Positions 1-12,090 of a stretch of DNA of 64,000 bases are shown in pieces. The notes beneath the pieces are model-generated. The model saw only the letters and a program-made list of their open reading frames with translations, was not told where the DNA came from and did no database searches. The stretch is from Octopus vulgaris (taxonomy: Eukaryota). Location: positions 30,752,001 through 30,816,000 of the forward strand of contig OX597827.1 of NCBI GenBank assembly GCA_951406725.2, written 5' to 3'. The stretch's first letter is position 1, and every line of letters begins with the position of its first letter. The position numbers were made by a program, and so were the translations under genes.

Positions 1-417
1 TGAAACATCAGATTCATTATCAAATACCATGTGCTTTTTTTTTTTCAGTCATAGAGTTAGATTTATCAAGGTCTTCAGTAGAAAATCCTTCGAATTCTGA
101 CTCGCTGCTTGATATGATGAAATTCGTATCCATTTTTTGTCAGAATTACAAAGTTTGAAAACACAATAGGAACAAATTTTGGAAAAAAATCTCCCAAAAT
201 TTACGGAATTAAAATTACACTTCGATCGTTGTACAAAACTGTAGATGAACTGTTTACGAAGTATAATCACGTGTTTTCACAAATGTAATAAAGAGATTTG
301 CTCTGATATTCTCATTTAAATATGAATAGGTAAATACGGGCGGGTTTGGGCGGTTTGGTTACATTAACCAAAATTTTTTTCGGGCGGTTTTGGGCGGTTT
401 GGTAACGAAAGGGTTAA
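1..417 (-). mobile_element. 5' end of a piggyBac-like DNA transposon (continues left of the window)
   Basis: The minus strand begins TTAA|CCCTTTCGTTACCAAACCGCCC (TTAA at 414-417), the TTAA-CCC terminus typical of piggyBac. Subterminal GGGCGGTTT repeats lie at 338-400. A minus-strand ATG at 133 reads MDTNFIISSSESEFEGFSTEDLD, an acidic N-terminus like piggyBac transposases. The other terminus is not visible. Confidence 0.6.
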
Positions 418-449
418 GAAACACACAATGCATATATATATATATATAT

Positions 450-585
450 ATTGTGTGTGTGTGTGTACCAGTGTTTGTCCCCCCACCATCGCTTGACAAT
501 CAATGCTGATGTGTGTATGTTCCCGTAACTTAGTAGTTTGGCAAAAGAGGTCTATAGAATAAATACTAGGTTTACAAAGAATAAG
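450..585 (+). mobile_element. SINE family A, 3' half
   Basis: Matches the 3' half of the full-length copy at 59231-59617 (cccccaccatcgcttgacaa...ggtttacaaagaataagt). Confidence 0.8.
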
Positions 586-892
586 TGCCGAGGTTTCTTT
601 CAAGCATTGGGCCTTATGGAGGCAATGTGGCTGATTTCCTTTTGAGTGTTGGGCCTCAAGGAGGCAATGACCGAGAGACCTTTGGCATTATGTCGTGCTT
701 AAGAAGAAGACCCATTAAGCTGAGCAAAACTGCAGTCATGTCAGATACCGGTGTCATGCAAATTGGCACCCATGCCACCAGTGTCATGCAAACGGTACCC
801 GTGCTGGTGGCACATAAAAGCACTCATTACACTCTCGGAGTGGTTGATGTCAGGAAGGGCATCAAGCTGTAGAAAACCATGCCAAATCATTT
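586..892 (+). mobile_element. RTE LINE 3' end / 3'UTR fragment
   Basis: Shares the 3'UTR motif gtgctggtggcac...cactctcggagtggttg...aggaagggcatc...gtagaaa with the RTE at 11480-11590. A similar inverted copy lies at 32335-32740. Confidence 0.75.
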
Positions 893-1007
893 GACAGCTA
901 CAGCAATGTAAGGAAGTGCATTGTGACCAGCAGTATATAACAACATCTGATAGACCGGTTGATACAGTGATATATATACATATATACATTTATGTCATTA
1001 CTACTAT

Positions 1008-1056
1008 ATGAACCTGAAGATTGCAGAGTTTAATGTATGAAAGTACTAATTCCATC
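1008..1056 (+). ncRNA. Degenerate Penelope-type minimal hammerhead ribozyme motif
   Basis: CTGAAGA (1014-1020), then TGCA/TGTA stem II, GAAA (1039-1042), palindromic AGTACT stem III and an A at the cleavage position. Stems I and II have mismatches. Confidence 0.4.
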
Positions 1057-2236
1057 AGAATGGACATTTAATATTCTATCATTTCATTATATCATATTAT
1101 CTTATCTTATCTTATTATAAGATTGTAAATAAAACATGAAAATCAGACAAAGTTAGAATTTCCACAAGTAATACACACATATACATGCACATATATACAC
1201 AAACATATGTGTTTGTGTATGTATATGTGAGAGTAAAAAGCACTCGTGCTGGTGTCATGTAAAAAGCACCCAGTACCCTTTGTAAAGAGGTTGGCATAAG
1301 GAAGAGCATCATGCTATAGAAACCATGCCAAAACAAGACAATTGTGGCCTGGTGCAGCTCTCCGGCTTGCCACCTCCTGTCAAACCATCCAACCCATGCC
1401 AGCATGGAAAATGGACATTAAATGCTGTTGCTGCTGCTGATGATGATGACAACGATATATGTATGTATGTATAAAGGGAAATGTTTGTCGACCATCGAGG
1501 CAGTAGCCATTGAAATGGGGTAATTCATTAGTGCAAGTGTAAAGACTTGAAAATAGTTGAAAACCAAACACAGAGAAGAATATTATATGCACAAGTATTA
1601 TAAAGTTAGTGAATTAGGTTTGAACAAACACAGACTGAGGTGATGGTGTGACAGGTTGTAATGAAGTTGGTTACTATGGTAATAACGGTGGCAGTTGGTA
1701 GATAAAAGAGGGAGTCTCTTGTTGTTGTTGCTGTGTAACTTCAGGTTGACCCTAGGCATTCTAGCCATACTATAGCTGTTCCGTTGTTTCTATAAGTGCA
1801 TAGAAAACTACAAACTCTAATGCAGTCTTTTATTATTTAATATGAAAGGATCTGAGTTGAGAGAAATTTAGCTGCTATTTTAGCAATTTTCACATCTACA
1901 TTGGGTTTTGATGTATTGATTAGAGTCCTTTACTCCTGATGGTGGAGATGGCGGTAATGTTGCTGTTGACATATTTTTGTTGTTATTGTTGTTGTTATAC
2001 TTGTAGATGCAGAATAGTGAAGGTACATGGTTTAATGGATAGGGTACTTGATTCATATTCATAAGACCGTGAGTTCAATTATCAGTAATTGTGCCCTTGA
2101 GCAAGGCACTTTATTTCACATTGCTCCAGTCCACTCAGCTGGCAAAAATGAGTAGCACCTGTATTTCAAAACGGCCAGCCTTGTCACAGGCTGTGTCACA
2201 CTGAATCTCCCTGAGAACTATGTTAAGGGTATGCAC

Positions 2237-2430
2237 CAGTGGCATATGATGGTTGATGTATTGGGTGTGTTGCCACACCCAATGCCACCAAATTTCAAGC
2301 AGGAGCATAACAAAAGTTTTCCATGAAGACTTGGGATTAAATTAATGAGTGAGGTTAATATTTATAATGAATTTGCCATTTTCGATGGGTGTGCAGTGCA
2401 GACCTAATACACCCAGAATACATGCCCCTG
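2237..2430. mobile_element. hAT-type MITE
   Basis: Termini CAGTGGCATATG / CATGCCCCTG. 8-bp TSD GTATGCAC (2229-2236) / CTATGCAC (2431-2438). Confidence 0.7.
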
Positions 2431-2450
2431 CTATGCACGTCTATGAAGTA

Positions 2451-2615
2451 CCGTATTTTAATATGTATAAGGAACAATTTTGGTTAAAAAAATATGGGAG
2501 TTTCTTATACACAGATAGTATTATAATCCCTTACAAAACTTTTTTCCAGATTTTAGACCCCCCACATTAGGGGGTTCCTTATACATGAGGGTCCCTTATA
2601 CATGTTAAAATATGG
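2451..2615. mobile_element. Tc1/mariner-superfamily (Tc2/pogo-like) MITE
   Basis: ~25-bp TIRs CCGTATTTTAATATGTATAAGGAAC / GTCCCTTATACATGTTAAAATATGG, flanked by TA on both sides. Confidence 0.8.
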
Positions 2616-3437
2616 TACTCAGCCACTTTTATGTTAATTTCACAAGCAGGCTGTTATGTCGATCAGATCAACTGGAACTCTCATTGTCATAACTGACAGC
2701 GTGTCAGGTGCAGATTGTCTTGTCAAAATGTTTCCTTTCAAAGTAATTTATTTAAATCTGAAGTAGGAGACAACTTTGTAGTTTTGTTTGGAGAAAATTA
2801 TTGACAATGTAGTTGAAAGTATTGCTGTTGTTGTTGTTGTGGTTGTTGTTGTTATCATTGATTATGTCAAAGTGCAAAATACTGGACATCTTACAGCAGC
2901 TGTGCTAACCGACACCTAGAGGGTGACTGCACAGAGAGGAAAACTTTCCCTAGACCACAGTGGGGAAAAAGGGAGTAGGCTTCATAAATTCTTCTTTACA
3001 GCTAATGTGGTGCCAATGTATGAAAGTTCTGTTGTCAGGAGAACAGGAGATATTTAGATATATACTGGGCCTAATGCATATTTACAATGAGGGCAACAGC
3101 AGCTACAAACCACCAATGAACATCAGTAGATCAAAATCAGGTGAAAATAGCCTGAAGTGATGGCGGTGGTGGTGGTGACAGTGGAATGCAAGATAGTGGG
3201 GTGTGGATTCTAGTTGTGAGAGTGATGAGGGGTGGCGAAACCAGCCCAAGGTGTAGATGATTCTGGTTAAACTGTTACCATGTTGTTACAAATAACAAAA
3301 ATAATTACTTAGAGTTTGATTTGTCTACGACCAGGAAACAAAATTAAGATCATATAAAAAGAAGTAAAGTTCCTGTCCCTTTGTTAATAAACATACAGAC
3401 CAGTTTTCAAAAGAATAGAAATTATTTACACATGCAT

Positions 3438-3483
<46 letters not shown>

Positions 3484-3484
<1 letters not shown>

Positions 3485-3625
3485 TTATTCTTTTATTGGC
3501 CACAAGGGCTAATACAAAAGCAACATGGAATGACAAAACAGGACGATGCAAAGGGTTTTAGAATGTGTAAATAGAATAACAAGGAAAAAACAAATAAAAC
3601 TCCCAATAACAGGAGGCGCTTCAAA
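3484..3625 (-). mobile_element. Tx1-like LINE 3'UTR tip inside an (AAT)n tract
   Basis: The minus strand ends ...AGCCCTTGTGGCCAATAAAAGAA, matching the 3' end of the Tx1-like element at 18938-18962. Confidence 0.65.
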
Positions 3626-3647
3626 GTAATAATAATAATAATAATAA

Positions 3648-3848
3648 TCCTTTCTACTATAGGCACAAGGCCTGAAACTAGGGGACTAGTAGATTATATC
3701 GACCCCAGTGTTTCACTGGTACTTATTTTATCAACCCCGAAAGGCAAAGTTAACCTTGGTGGAATTTGAACTTAGAACATAAAGATAGACGAAATGCCAC
3801 TAAACATTTTGCTTGGCATGCTAACGATTCTGCCAGCTTGCCGCCTTA
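3648..3848 (-). mobile_element. SINE family B, full length, in (AAT)n
   Basis: tRNA-like head GGCGGCAAGCTGGCAGAATCGTTAG...GTTCAAATTCC and 3' end GGCCTTGTGCCTATAGTAGAAAGG. Matches the copies at 19633-19850 and 25815-26026. Confidence 0.8.
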
Positions 3849-3873
3849 ACAATAATAATAAAAATAAAAATAA

Positions 3874-3929
<56 letters not shown>

Positions 3930-4494
3930 TGATAACAATAACAATAATAATAATAATAACAATGGTGATGATGAAGAATACTTTCTGAAGATTCATATAT
4001 ATGTAAATTCAAAAGTTTAAGCAAATTATTAGACGAGCAAGTCGTCTCAAATATAAGTTTTGAAATGAATTTTAATTTGTGTATACACTAGCAAATAAAC
4101 TTTAATGAAAAAAAAAAAAAACAGGTTTACCTTGTTTAAGAAAATCTGAAGAAAGTTTCATAGTCACCATTCCAATTTAAAGTAAGCAAAAGATGGTGCC
4201 GAAATACAGCATTCTACCAAATATAAAGTTTGGAGATCTTCACTTCTGAATGGCCATTCTTAAATTGGCATCGGAATGTTTCTTTTAAGTTTTTTTTTAA
4301 AAACAATCTTTTGGAAATTTTCAATTTCATAAACCATGTACTGGCTAAATTGTCTTTAATATAAATTTTTAAATGTAATTGCTAACCAATTTTAAGAAAA
4401 AAAACCCAACTTTTTTACTTAATTATTATAGTCACTGTAAAAGTTAGATATGTATGTATGTATGTATAATCGTGTGTGTATATATCTATAGTAG

Positions 4495-4832
4495 AGGTGC
4501 AAAGGTCCAGTGGTTAGGACAGTGGGCTCACAGTCATGGGATTGTGGTTTTGATTCCCAGACCGGGTGTTGTGAGTGTTTATTGAGTGAAAACACTTAAA
4601 GTTCCACGAGGCTCCGACAGGGGGTGGTGGCAAACTCTGCTGTATTCTTTCAACACAACTTTCTCTCACTCTTTCTTCCTGTTTCTGTCGTACCTGTATT
4701 TCAAAGGGGCCAGGCTTAAGGGTACACGTGTCTGTGGAGTGCTCAGCCACTTGCACCTTAATTTCACGAGCAGACTGTTCTGTTGATCAGATCAACTGGA
4801 ACGCTCGTTGTTGTAACTGACGGAGTGCCACG
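4495..4832 (+). mobile_element. SINE family C variant
   Basis: tRNA-like head (ccagtggttagg...ttgattccc). The 3' part aagggtacacgtgtctgtggagtgctcagccact...gacggagtgcc is shared with 2020-2710 and 42655-42978. Confidence 0.75.
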
Positions 4833-4870
<38 letters not shown>

Positions 4871-5970
4871 TGTATGTATCTATATATAAATGTGTGTGCG
4901 TGTATATCTATATGTCTATATATATATATAAATAAATGTTAAATTTGTCTATATTTTATCTGACAAGCTTGGATTTTGTTAAATCCGAAATAATAAAGAA
5001 GCACAACCTCCACTTTTATCATGGGAAGCCAGTAACAAGTCAGTAAAACATATATTTCAGAAAATACTAATTGCCTGCTCACCTCAGAGTGATAAATCAA
5101 TTAGTGAAGTTGATTTATTTGTTCTTGCCACTTGATCGGCAATTCAATCGTAGCTGGAGCTGACCCTGAAATCTATAGCTTAGTTCTCTCTCTCTCTCTC
5201 TCTCGCTGAAGCCCCACCTCTCACCACTGTTACCACCATCACCGTTATCACCACTACCACCACCACCTACCGTCAATCCACGACCCCCACCCCCAACTCA
5301 ACTCGGCCCGGCCCAGCCACAGCCTCAGCTTCAGTCACATCCCCCTCCAGAACTGTTCTCCCCCCACGCGCTTCCCCTCCCCCCACAAGTAATAGTGAGT
5401 TTTAATTGCATTCTGTATGTGTGCTCTAGATCTGCCATCATTGCTAATTACAAATGTTGCAGCATCACCCACAGATTTAGTTACATCCATGACAACAATG
5501 CTGAGGACAGGGGGAGGAGTTAAAGTTAGAAGAAAGAAAGAGAGAGAGAGAGAGAAAGAGAGAGAGAGGGAGAGAGAGAGAAAGAAAGCTAACAAAACAT
5601 ATAGCAAGAGTCCCTACCAGGAAAAATATCAGTAACGGTGGTGGCGGTGGGAATGGAGAGAGGGAGTGCTCAACTACACGGCAACAGTACAGATTCTAAC
5701 AGCTTATAGCAGTCCAAACGTTGATGCAGTGATACTTAGCTGCTCAACTGTAATCTTTGTATAAAAGATGCAGTGGAGGTGTGATGGGGGGTGCGGTTGG
5801 GGAGGGGAAGTGTTAAATACACACCGATGGTGGCGGTGGCAGCAGCGGTGAAATTGCTGGGTTTGAAAAGCTAATAGGAAAAGACCAAAAGAACTAAGCA
5901 GGTGGAATTTATCACAAATCTAAAACCTCAATAAAACATTTACTTTCATTGCTTTTAAGTACATACAATC

Positions 5971-6004
<34 letters not shown>

Positions 6005-8197
6005 GTGTCTTTCTTTTTTCACAAATTTAAAATACATTGCAAAAGAAAGCGTGAATCAAAATGACACTTCCTAGCAGGAGATGAAACACTTTGAGTATAT
6101 AATCATTTTTATATTTGGATAGACTTGTGTAGAAGAATTATTTTAAAATAAAAAAAAAATGAGCAGAAATCTTTTTTTTTTTTTTGCATATTCTTTAACA
6201 TAGAAAGAATTTCTAATAGTAATATAATAAATAACTGGGTGGTGGGTGGGTAGAAAATCTCTACAATGGTAAGAAAAAAAAACTCCATAAAAACATGGAA
6301 AAAAACGCCGACTCTTAACTTAGCTTTTAGATTTTAAAAATAAAACGGAAGTAATTGCCGTATGAAGAATTTCAGTGAACTATGTTTATTTCTTTCATTG
6401 AATTGTAGATATAATGGCTTTTAGCAAAGGAAATAGGTTTATAGATTCACTTGTCAGTTCCAAGTCACATGTTTTTCCATTGGAGTAAGGTATGTTAGAT
6501 AATTGATTTTACAGAAAATTAGTCAGAAGAAAAGTTGACGCAAAAAAAATTAAAAATGGGAAAACTAAAGAAAAAGTGAGAAAACTACGATATGGAATAA
6601 GTAGCTAACACTAAAATTGGCAGAATTAGACAAATAACCTTTTCTTCTGCTAATGGATTAATAAGTGAGAGTTAGGGGTTTGAATTCAAAAGAATAATTT
6701 CATAATATAGATAATAGGTATAGATATGGAGAGTTGAGGTGATGTTATCGACATATATAAAGAGTTTGAAAGTCCTAAATTCAGGTAAAAGTAGGGGTTA
6801 TGTAATTTTTGTATGCATCTATGTATATGTGTATAAAATATATAGAGAGAGATGTAGATATAGGCGTATATTAAAACAGATTGGTTAGGGTGAAGCATTG
6901 TAGGATATTATATGATATAGAAACTTTTATGAACAGGCCATAACAATGCAAAATGAAATAGAAAAATGAAAACAAAACAACAGATGAAGTTTTAGCTTGC
7001 ATTTTGATATTTTGGGATCGTAAACAAATGAGAGATGGAATACATTGACAGAATAAAGAAATCGTCATTTAATATCGGGTAGTTTGACCGGTCCTGGTGA
7101 GCAAGGCCACATTGAACGTTCATGTGTCAGCTTTGGCATGGTTTCTTCAACAGGATGCCCTTCCTAATGCCAAACAGTTTACAGAGTGTACTGGATGCTT
7201 TTTTTTTATGCCACCAGTATTAGTGAGGTTGCTGAGTAACTTGTAAGACAGAAAAAGGAGAGGGGAAAAAAAGGAGAGGGGAAAAAAAGGAAAAGAATAA
7301 GCTCCCACGACTAAGCAAGGAGTATCTGAGAGGGAGAGGTGGAAGTGGGTGGCTTTACGTCAGATGCTGAAAGGCTAAAGTATGACAGAAGGACAACATG
7401 TATGATACAGGAAATATATCTATTTTTTTATTCTTTTATTTGTTTCAGTCATTTGACTGTGGCCATGCTGGAGCACCACCTCTAGTTGAGAAAATCAACC
7501 CCAGGACTTATTCTTTGTAAGCCTAGTACTTATTCTATCAGTCTCTTTTGCTGAACTGCTAAGTTACAGAGACATAAACACACCAACATTGATTGTCAAG
7601 CGATGGTAGGGGGCAAACACAGACACACACATATATATGTGTGCATCATATAGAGAAGGGGGAAAAAGAGACTAAAAGAGAGATATACAGAATTAACATA
7701 AGTGGAACAGGATGAGTGTACATACTAGGTTTGGTGGCAGGCAATGAGTAAAAGAATGCTATAACACACACATGCATACAATGTGAGAGAAAGAACCATA
7801 GAGACAGAAGAGAAAGAGGGGCAGTAAATGACAGAAGAGTTATGGAAGAAGTCATACAAATGAGAAATTTGTTTTATTTAATTTTGTTTTAAGGTAATAA
7901 TTTTTATTTTTTGAAAACTAGTTTTATTTCATCATTTTGTATAAGTACTCTCAAAAACCAAAGTAATAAAATTTAAATTATAATTGTTGTATATATACCA
8001 TATTTTCTGATATAAACCATGGTGGTAAATGTATTCTTCAAAAGTTACTCATCATATGACATGTAACACTGTTATATGTATGTGTATGTATGTGTGTGTG
8101 AATATATATATATATTTATTTATGTATATATATGTGTGCATATATGTATAGATATGTGTATGTGTATGTGTATACATGTTTATATATATGTGTGTGC

Positions 8198-8242
<45 letters not shown>

Positions 8243-8257
8243 CACACATATATATAT

Positions 8258-8327
8258 ATAGATAGATAGATGATAGATAGATAGATAGATAGATAGATAG
8301 AATAGATAGATAGACGGACAGACGGAG

Positions 8328-8373
<46 letters not shown>

Positions 8374-8413
8374 GTAGATAGATATGTAGATAGATAGGTA
8401 GATAGATAGATAA

Positions 8414-8505
<92 letters not shown>

Positions 8506-8515
8506 GTAGATAGAC

Positions 8516-8595
<80 letters not shown>
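8258..8595. repeat. Long (GATA)n microsatellite
   Basis: About 340 bp of GATA units with few variants, preceded by (TA)/(TG) tracts. Confidence 0.98.
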
Positions 8596-8919
8596 GCAAA
8601 ATAAATCCATGAAGATTCACTTTCAGAAGCATCTGACAAAACTACTCTAAAGTCAAAACCATAAATGCCTGAAGAACTTGATGCTGTTGAAGTGTATAGG
8701 GGTCCTTCAAGAACAGCCAGAGGCCATTCTGAGAGAAGTTGCTCACTGTTACCAGCATAAACAAACAATATAACTAAACAATGAACCCCTACAATATCCA
8801 ACTCATTGTTCACCACAAGTCAAAAATTTAAACTTGTTACATAAGTATGTATGATGGTAAAAGTGAAAGATAAGGGGTGAGAGAATTTTTAAAATTTCTG
8901 AATCCTTAAGACTTTTTAG

Positions 8920-9268
8920 TTTTAATCTTTTACTTGTTTCGGGTACTTGACTGTGGTCATGCTGGGGCAACATCTTGAAAAATTTTAGTTGAATGAATCA
9001 ATCCCAGTACTTATTTTTTTTTAAAGCCTGATACTTATTCTATCGGTCTCTTTTGCTGAACTGCCAAGTTAAGAGGATATAAATACGCCAACACCAGTTG
9101 TCAAGCAGTGGTAGGGGACACACATCTCTACAAAACTACCACTCACAAGGCTTTGATTGGCCCAAGGCTATAGTACAAGACACTTGTCCAGGGTGCCACA
9201 CAGTGGCACTGAACTCAGAACCATGTGGTTAAGAAGCAAACTTCTTACCACACAGCCACACCTGCACC
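8920..9268 (-). mobile_element. SINE family A, near full length
   Basis: Reverse complement matches 59231-59617. Confidence 0.8.
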
Positions 9269-9749
9269 TTAAGAACAATTCTTAAATTTTGTATTTTCTA
9301 AATGAGACTTTTACTTTGGAGGCATAGAATAATATCAACTGCAAAAAACTGAAAAAATAAGGAGACAGATTAAAAAGAGAAGCATCAACTTGAACATTAC
9401 CATCATCATCGGTTTTATGGCCACTTTTCCATGCTTTCATGGATCAGATGGAATTTATTGTGGCAGATTATCTATGACTGGATGGTCTTCCTGTCACTAA
9501 GCCTCACCTGGTTCCCAGTAAGGTAATATTTCCCTCTATCCAAACATATTTACACAGAATATTGAAACCAATATTGAAGCCAAGTAGTTTGTGTGACTAC
9601 TTGTATGATAGTCACACAGACAGACAGACACACACACACGACACCTTGGGCAAGTGTCTTTTACTATATCTTTGGGCTGAAAGAAACTGAAAGATCATCA
9701 TATATGGATATATATAAATATATATCCTCCTCCTCCTCATCATCATCAT

Positions 9750-9992
9750 CATTTAACGCCTGTTGTCCATGCTGGCATGGGTTTGGATGGTTTGACCAGG
9801 GGTGGTAAGCTGGAAGGCTGCACCAGACTCCAGTCTGACTTCACATGGTTTTCTACGGCTAGAGGCCCTTCCTAATACCAACCACTCCAAGAGTGTAATA
9901 GGTACTTTTATGTGCCACCGGCATGGGTGCCATTTGTGTAACACTGGTATATCTGCCACAACTGTGATTTTGCTTGTCTTGATGGGTCTTCG
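9750..9992 (-). mobile_element. RTE LINE 3'UTR fragment
   Basis: Reverse complement of the RTE 3' terminus (aacccatgccagcatgga...cgttaaatgatgatg) with a (GAT)n tail. Confidence 0.8.
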
Positions 9993-10009
9993 GTGTATGT
10001 GTGTATATA

Positions 10010-11686
10010 TCGACAGGGTCCCCCAATCCCTTATCTGGTGGTCAATGAGGAAACTAGGGATAGATAAATGGTTAGTGAGAGCTGTGCGAGCCATGTACAG
10101 GGACACTGCTAGTAAGGTGAGGGTTGGCAATGAGTACAGTGAAGAATTCCAGGTAGAGATAGGGGTCCACCAAGGTTCAGTCCTCAGCCTCGTACTATTT
10201 ATCATAGTCCTCCAGGCAATAACGGAGGAATTCAAGACAGGATGCCCCTGGGAGCTCCTATATGCTGATGACCTTGCTCTAATTGCTGAGTCACTATCAG
10301 AACTGGAGGAGTAATTTCAGGTGTGGAAGCAAGGATTAGAATTGAAGGGCCTTAGAGTCAACCTAGCTAAAACCAAAGTCCTAATAAGTAGGAAGGTAGA
10401 CAAATCACAAACGCCTTCAGGTAGATGGCCCTGCTTGATCTGTAGAAAAAGTGTAGGTAGAAACTCTATAAGATGCACCAAGTGTAAGCTATGGACACAT
10501 AAGAGGTGCAGCAATGTCAAAGGAAGGCTAACTAGGAAGATACTTTTTGTTTGTGGCAGATGCTCAGGAGCGATAAACACTGAAAATGCTCTGAGACAAA
10601 CTTCCACCACATTCCGGGGAGATAAACTAGAAATAGTTGATAGCTTCCGTTACCTAGGTGACCAAGTCAGTAGCGGGGTCGGGTGTGCTGAAAGTGTAAC
10701 TGCTAGAGTAAGAATAGCTTGGGCAAAGTTCAGAGAGCTCTTATCTCTGCTGGTGACAAAAGGCCTCTCGTTCAGAGTAAAAGGCAGACTGTATGACGCA
10801 TGTGTACAAACGGCCATGCTACATGGCAGTGAAACATGGGCCGTGACTGCTGAGGATATGTGTAAGCTTGCAAGAAATGAAGCCAGTATGGATGTGTAAT
10901 GTCAGTGTTCATACTCGACAGAGTGTAAGTACCTTGAGAGAAAAGTTGGACCTAAGAAGCATCAGTTGTGGTGTGCAAGAGAGACGTTTGTGCTGGTATG
11001 GTCATGTGGCGAGAATGGATGAAGATAGTCGTGTGAAAAAGTGCCACACCCTAGTGGTTGAGGGAACCTGTGGAAGAGGTAGACCCAGGAAAACCTGGGA
11101 TGAGGTGGTGAAGCACGACCTTCGAACTTTAGGTCTCACCGAGGAAATGACTAGAGACTGAGACCTTTGGAAGTATGCTGTGCGTGAGAAGACCCGGCAG
11201 GACAAGTGAGACCATAACCCATGGCCTCCAGCTGGGATGTAGCCAGTTCACTTATGCATACCTTTCCTTCTTGGGACACAAAACTCTACTTGTGAAGACC
11301 TGTTGAAGCAAGTGAAAATCAAAATCGAAATCGATCAACATCAATGGAAATTGCAGCTGTGATACCAGTGCTGGTGGTACATAAGAGAAACTTCTGAACA
11401 TGGTCATTGCCAGCGCCGCCCCAACTGGCCTCGTGCCGGTGGCACGTAAAAAGCACCATCTGATCATGGCCGTTTGCCAGCCTCGTCTGGCACCTGTGCT
11501 GGTGGCACGTAAAAAGCACCCACTACACTCACGGAGTGGTTGGCGTTAGTGGTTGGCATCCAGCCGTAGAAACATTGCCAGATCAGACTGGGCCTGGTGC
11601 AGCTTTCTGCCTTCCCAGACTCCAGTTGAACCGTCCAACCCATGCTAGCATGGAAAGCGGACACTAAACGATGATGATGATGATGA
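10010..11686 (+). mobile_element. 5'-truncated RTE-clade LINE (RT pseudogene plus 3'UTR and (GAT)n tail)
   Basis: RT motifs DRVP, GVHQGSVLS, LLYADDL, GLRVNLAKTK and FRYLG, plus the C-terminal RGRPRKTW. Disrupted by a stop at 10312-10314 and a frameshift near 10890. A C4HC3 finger lies at 10432-10563. Confidence 0.95.
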
Positions 11687-11751
11687 TATGTGTGTGTATA
11701 TATGTGTGTGTGTGTGTATACATATATATATATACACACACACACACACAA

Positions 11752-12090
11752 AGTGGCGGATGCAGGGGGGTTGTCCTAGTTGCCCAGGCAGCACCCTTTT
11801 TAGCCAAGCTGACACCAAAAGAATAAGGACCAAGGATTTTCGGGCAACTGTCAAGCAAAAAGGAGTCAACTCTGACAAGAATAGGAGTTGCCGGACCTAC
11901 TAGGTGTTGCCGACCTGCCCACCAGAGTGTACCCGCTGTGTTAGTTTCACAGCATTACTGTTTCATATGCATGTGGTCTGCTACAACAAAGTTAGAATTT
12001 ATAAAAATGTGTCCATTTGTTATGAATTGCAGTTCCCACTTTATATAGTATTTTTTTCAACACTCCAAAAGAATCCTGGATCCCCCCACC
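11752..12090. mobile_element. Putative non-autonomous DNA transposon (Harbinger- or hAT-like termini)
   Basis: Imperfect termini AGTGGCGGATGCAGG / CCTGGATCCCCCCACCT around a GC-richer interior. It is followed by a SINE A 3' half (12095-12305). TSD not clear. Confidence 0.45.

Larger units (their letters stand above)
2020..2710 (+). mobile_element. SINE family C (tRNA-derived) interrupted by two MITEs
   Basis: Colinear with the uninterrupted copy at 42655-42978 once the two inserts are removed. Confidence 0.75.

Noticed and set aside
3002-3140. Possible + strand coding exon (tctttacag|...|gtgaaa, one open frame)
   Set aside because: The donor is weak, the peptide is unrecognisable and no partner exons were found.
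4130-4146. Possible 15-nt minus-strand microexon (ttcttcag|ATTTTCTTAAACAAG|gtaaac)
   Set aside because: Such short matches are expected by chance in AT-rich DNA and cannot be supported without RNA data.
8052-8632. Long ORFs made of YLSI repeats
   Set aside because: They are translations of the stop-free (TATC)n microsatellite.
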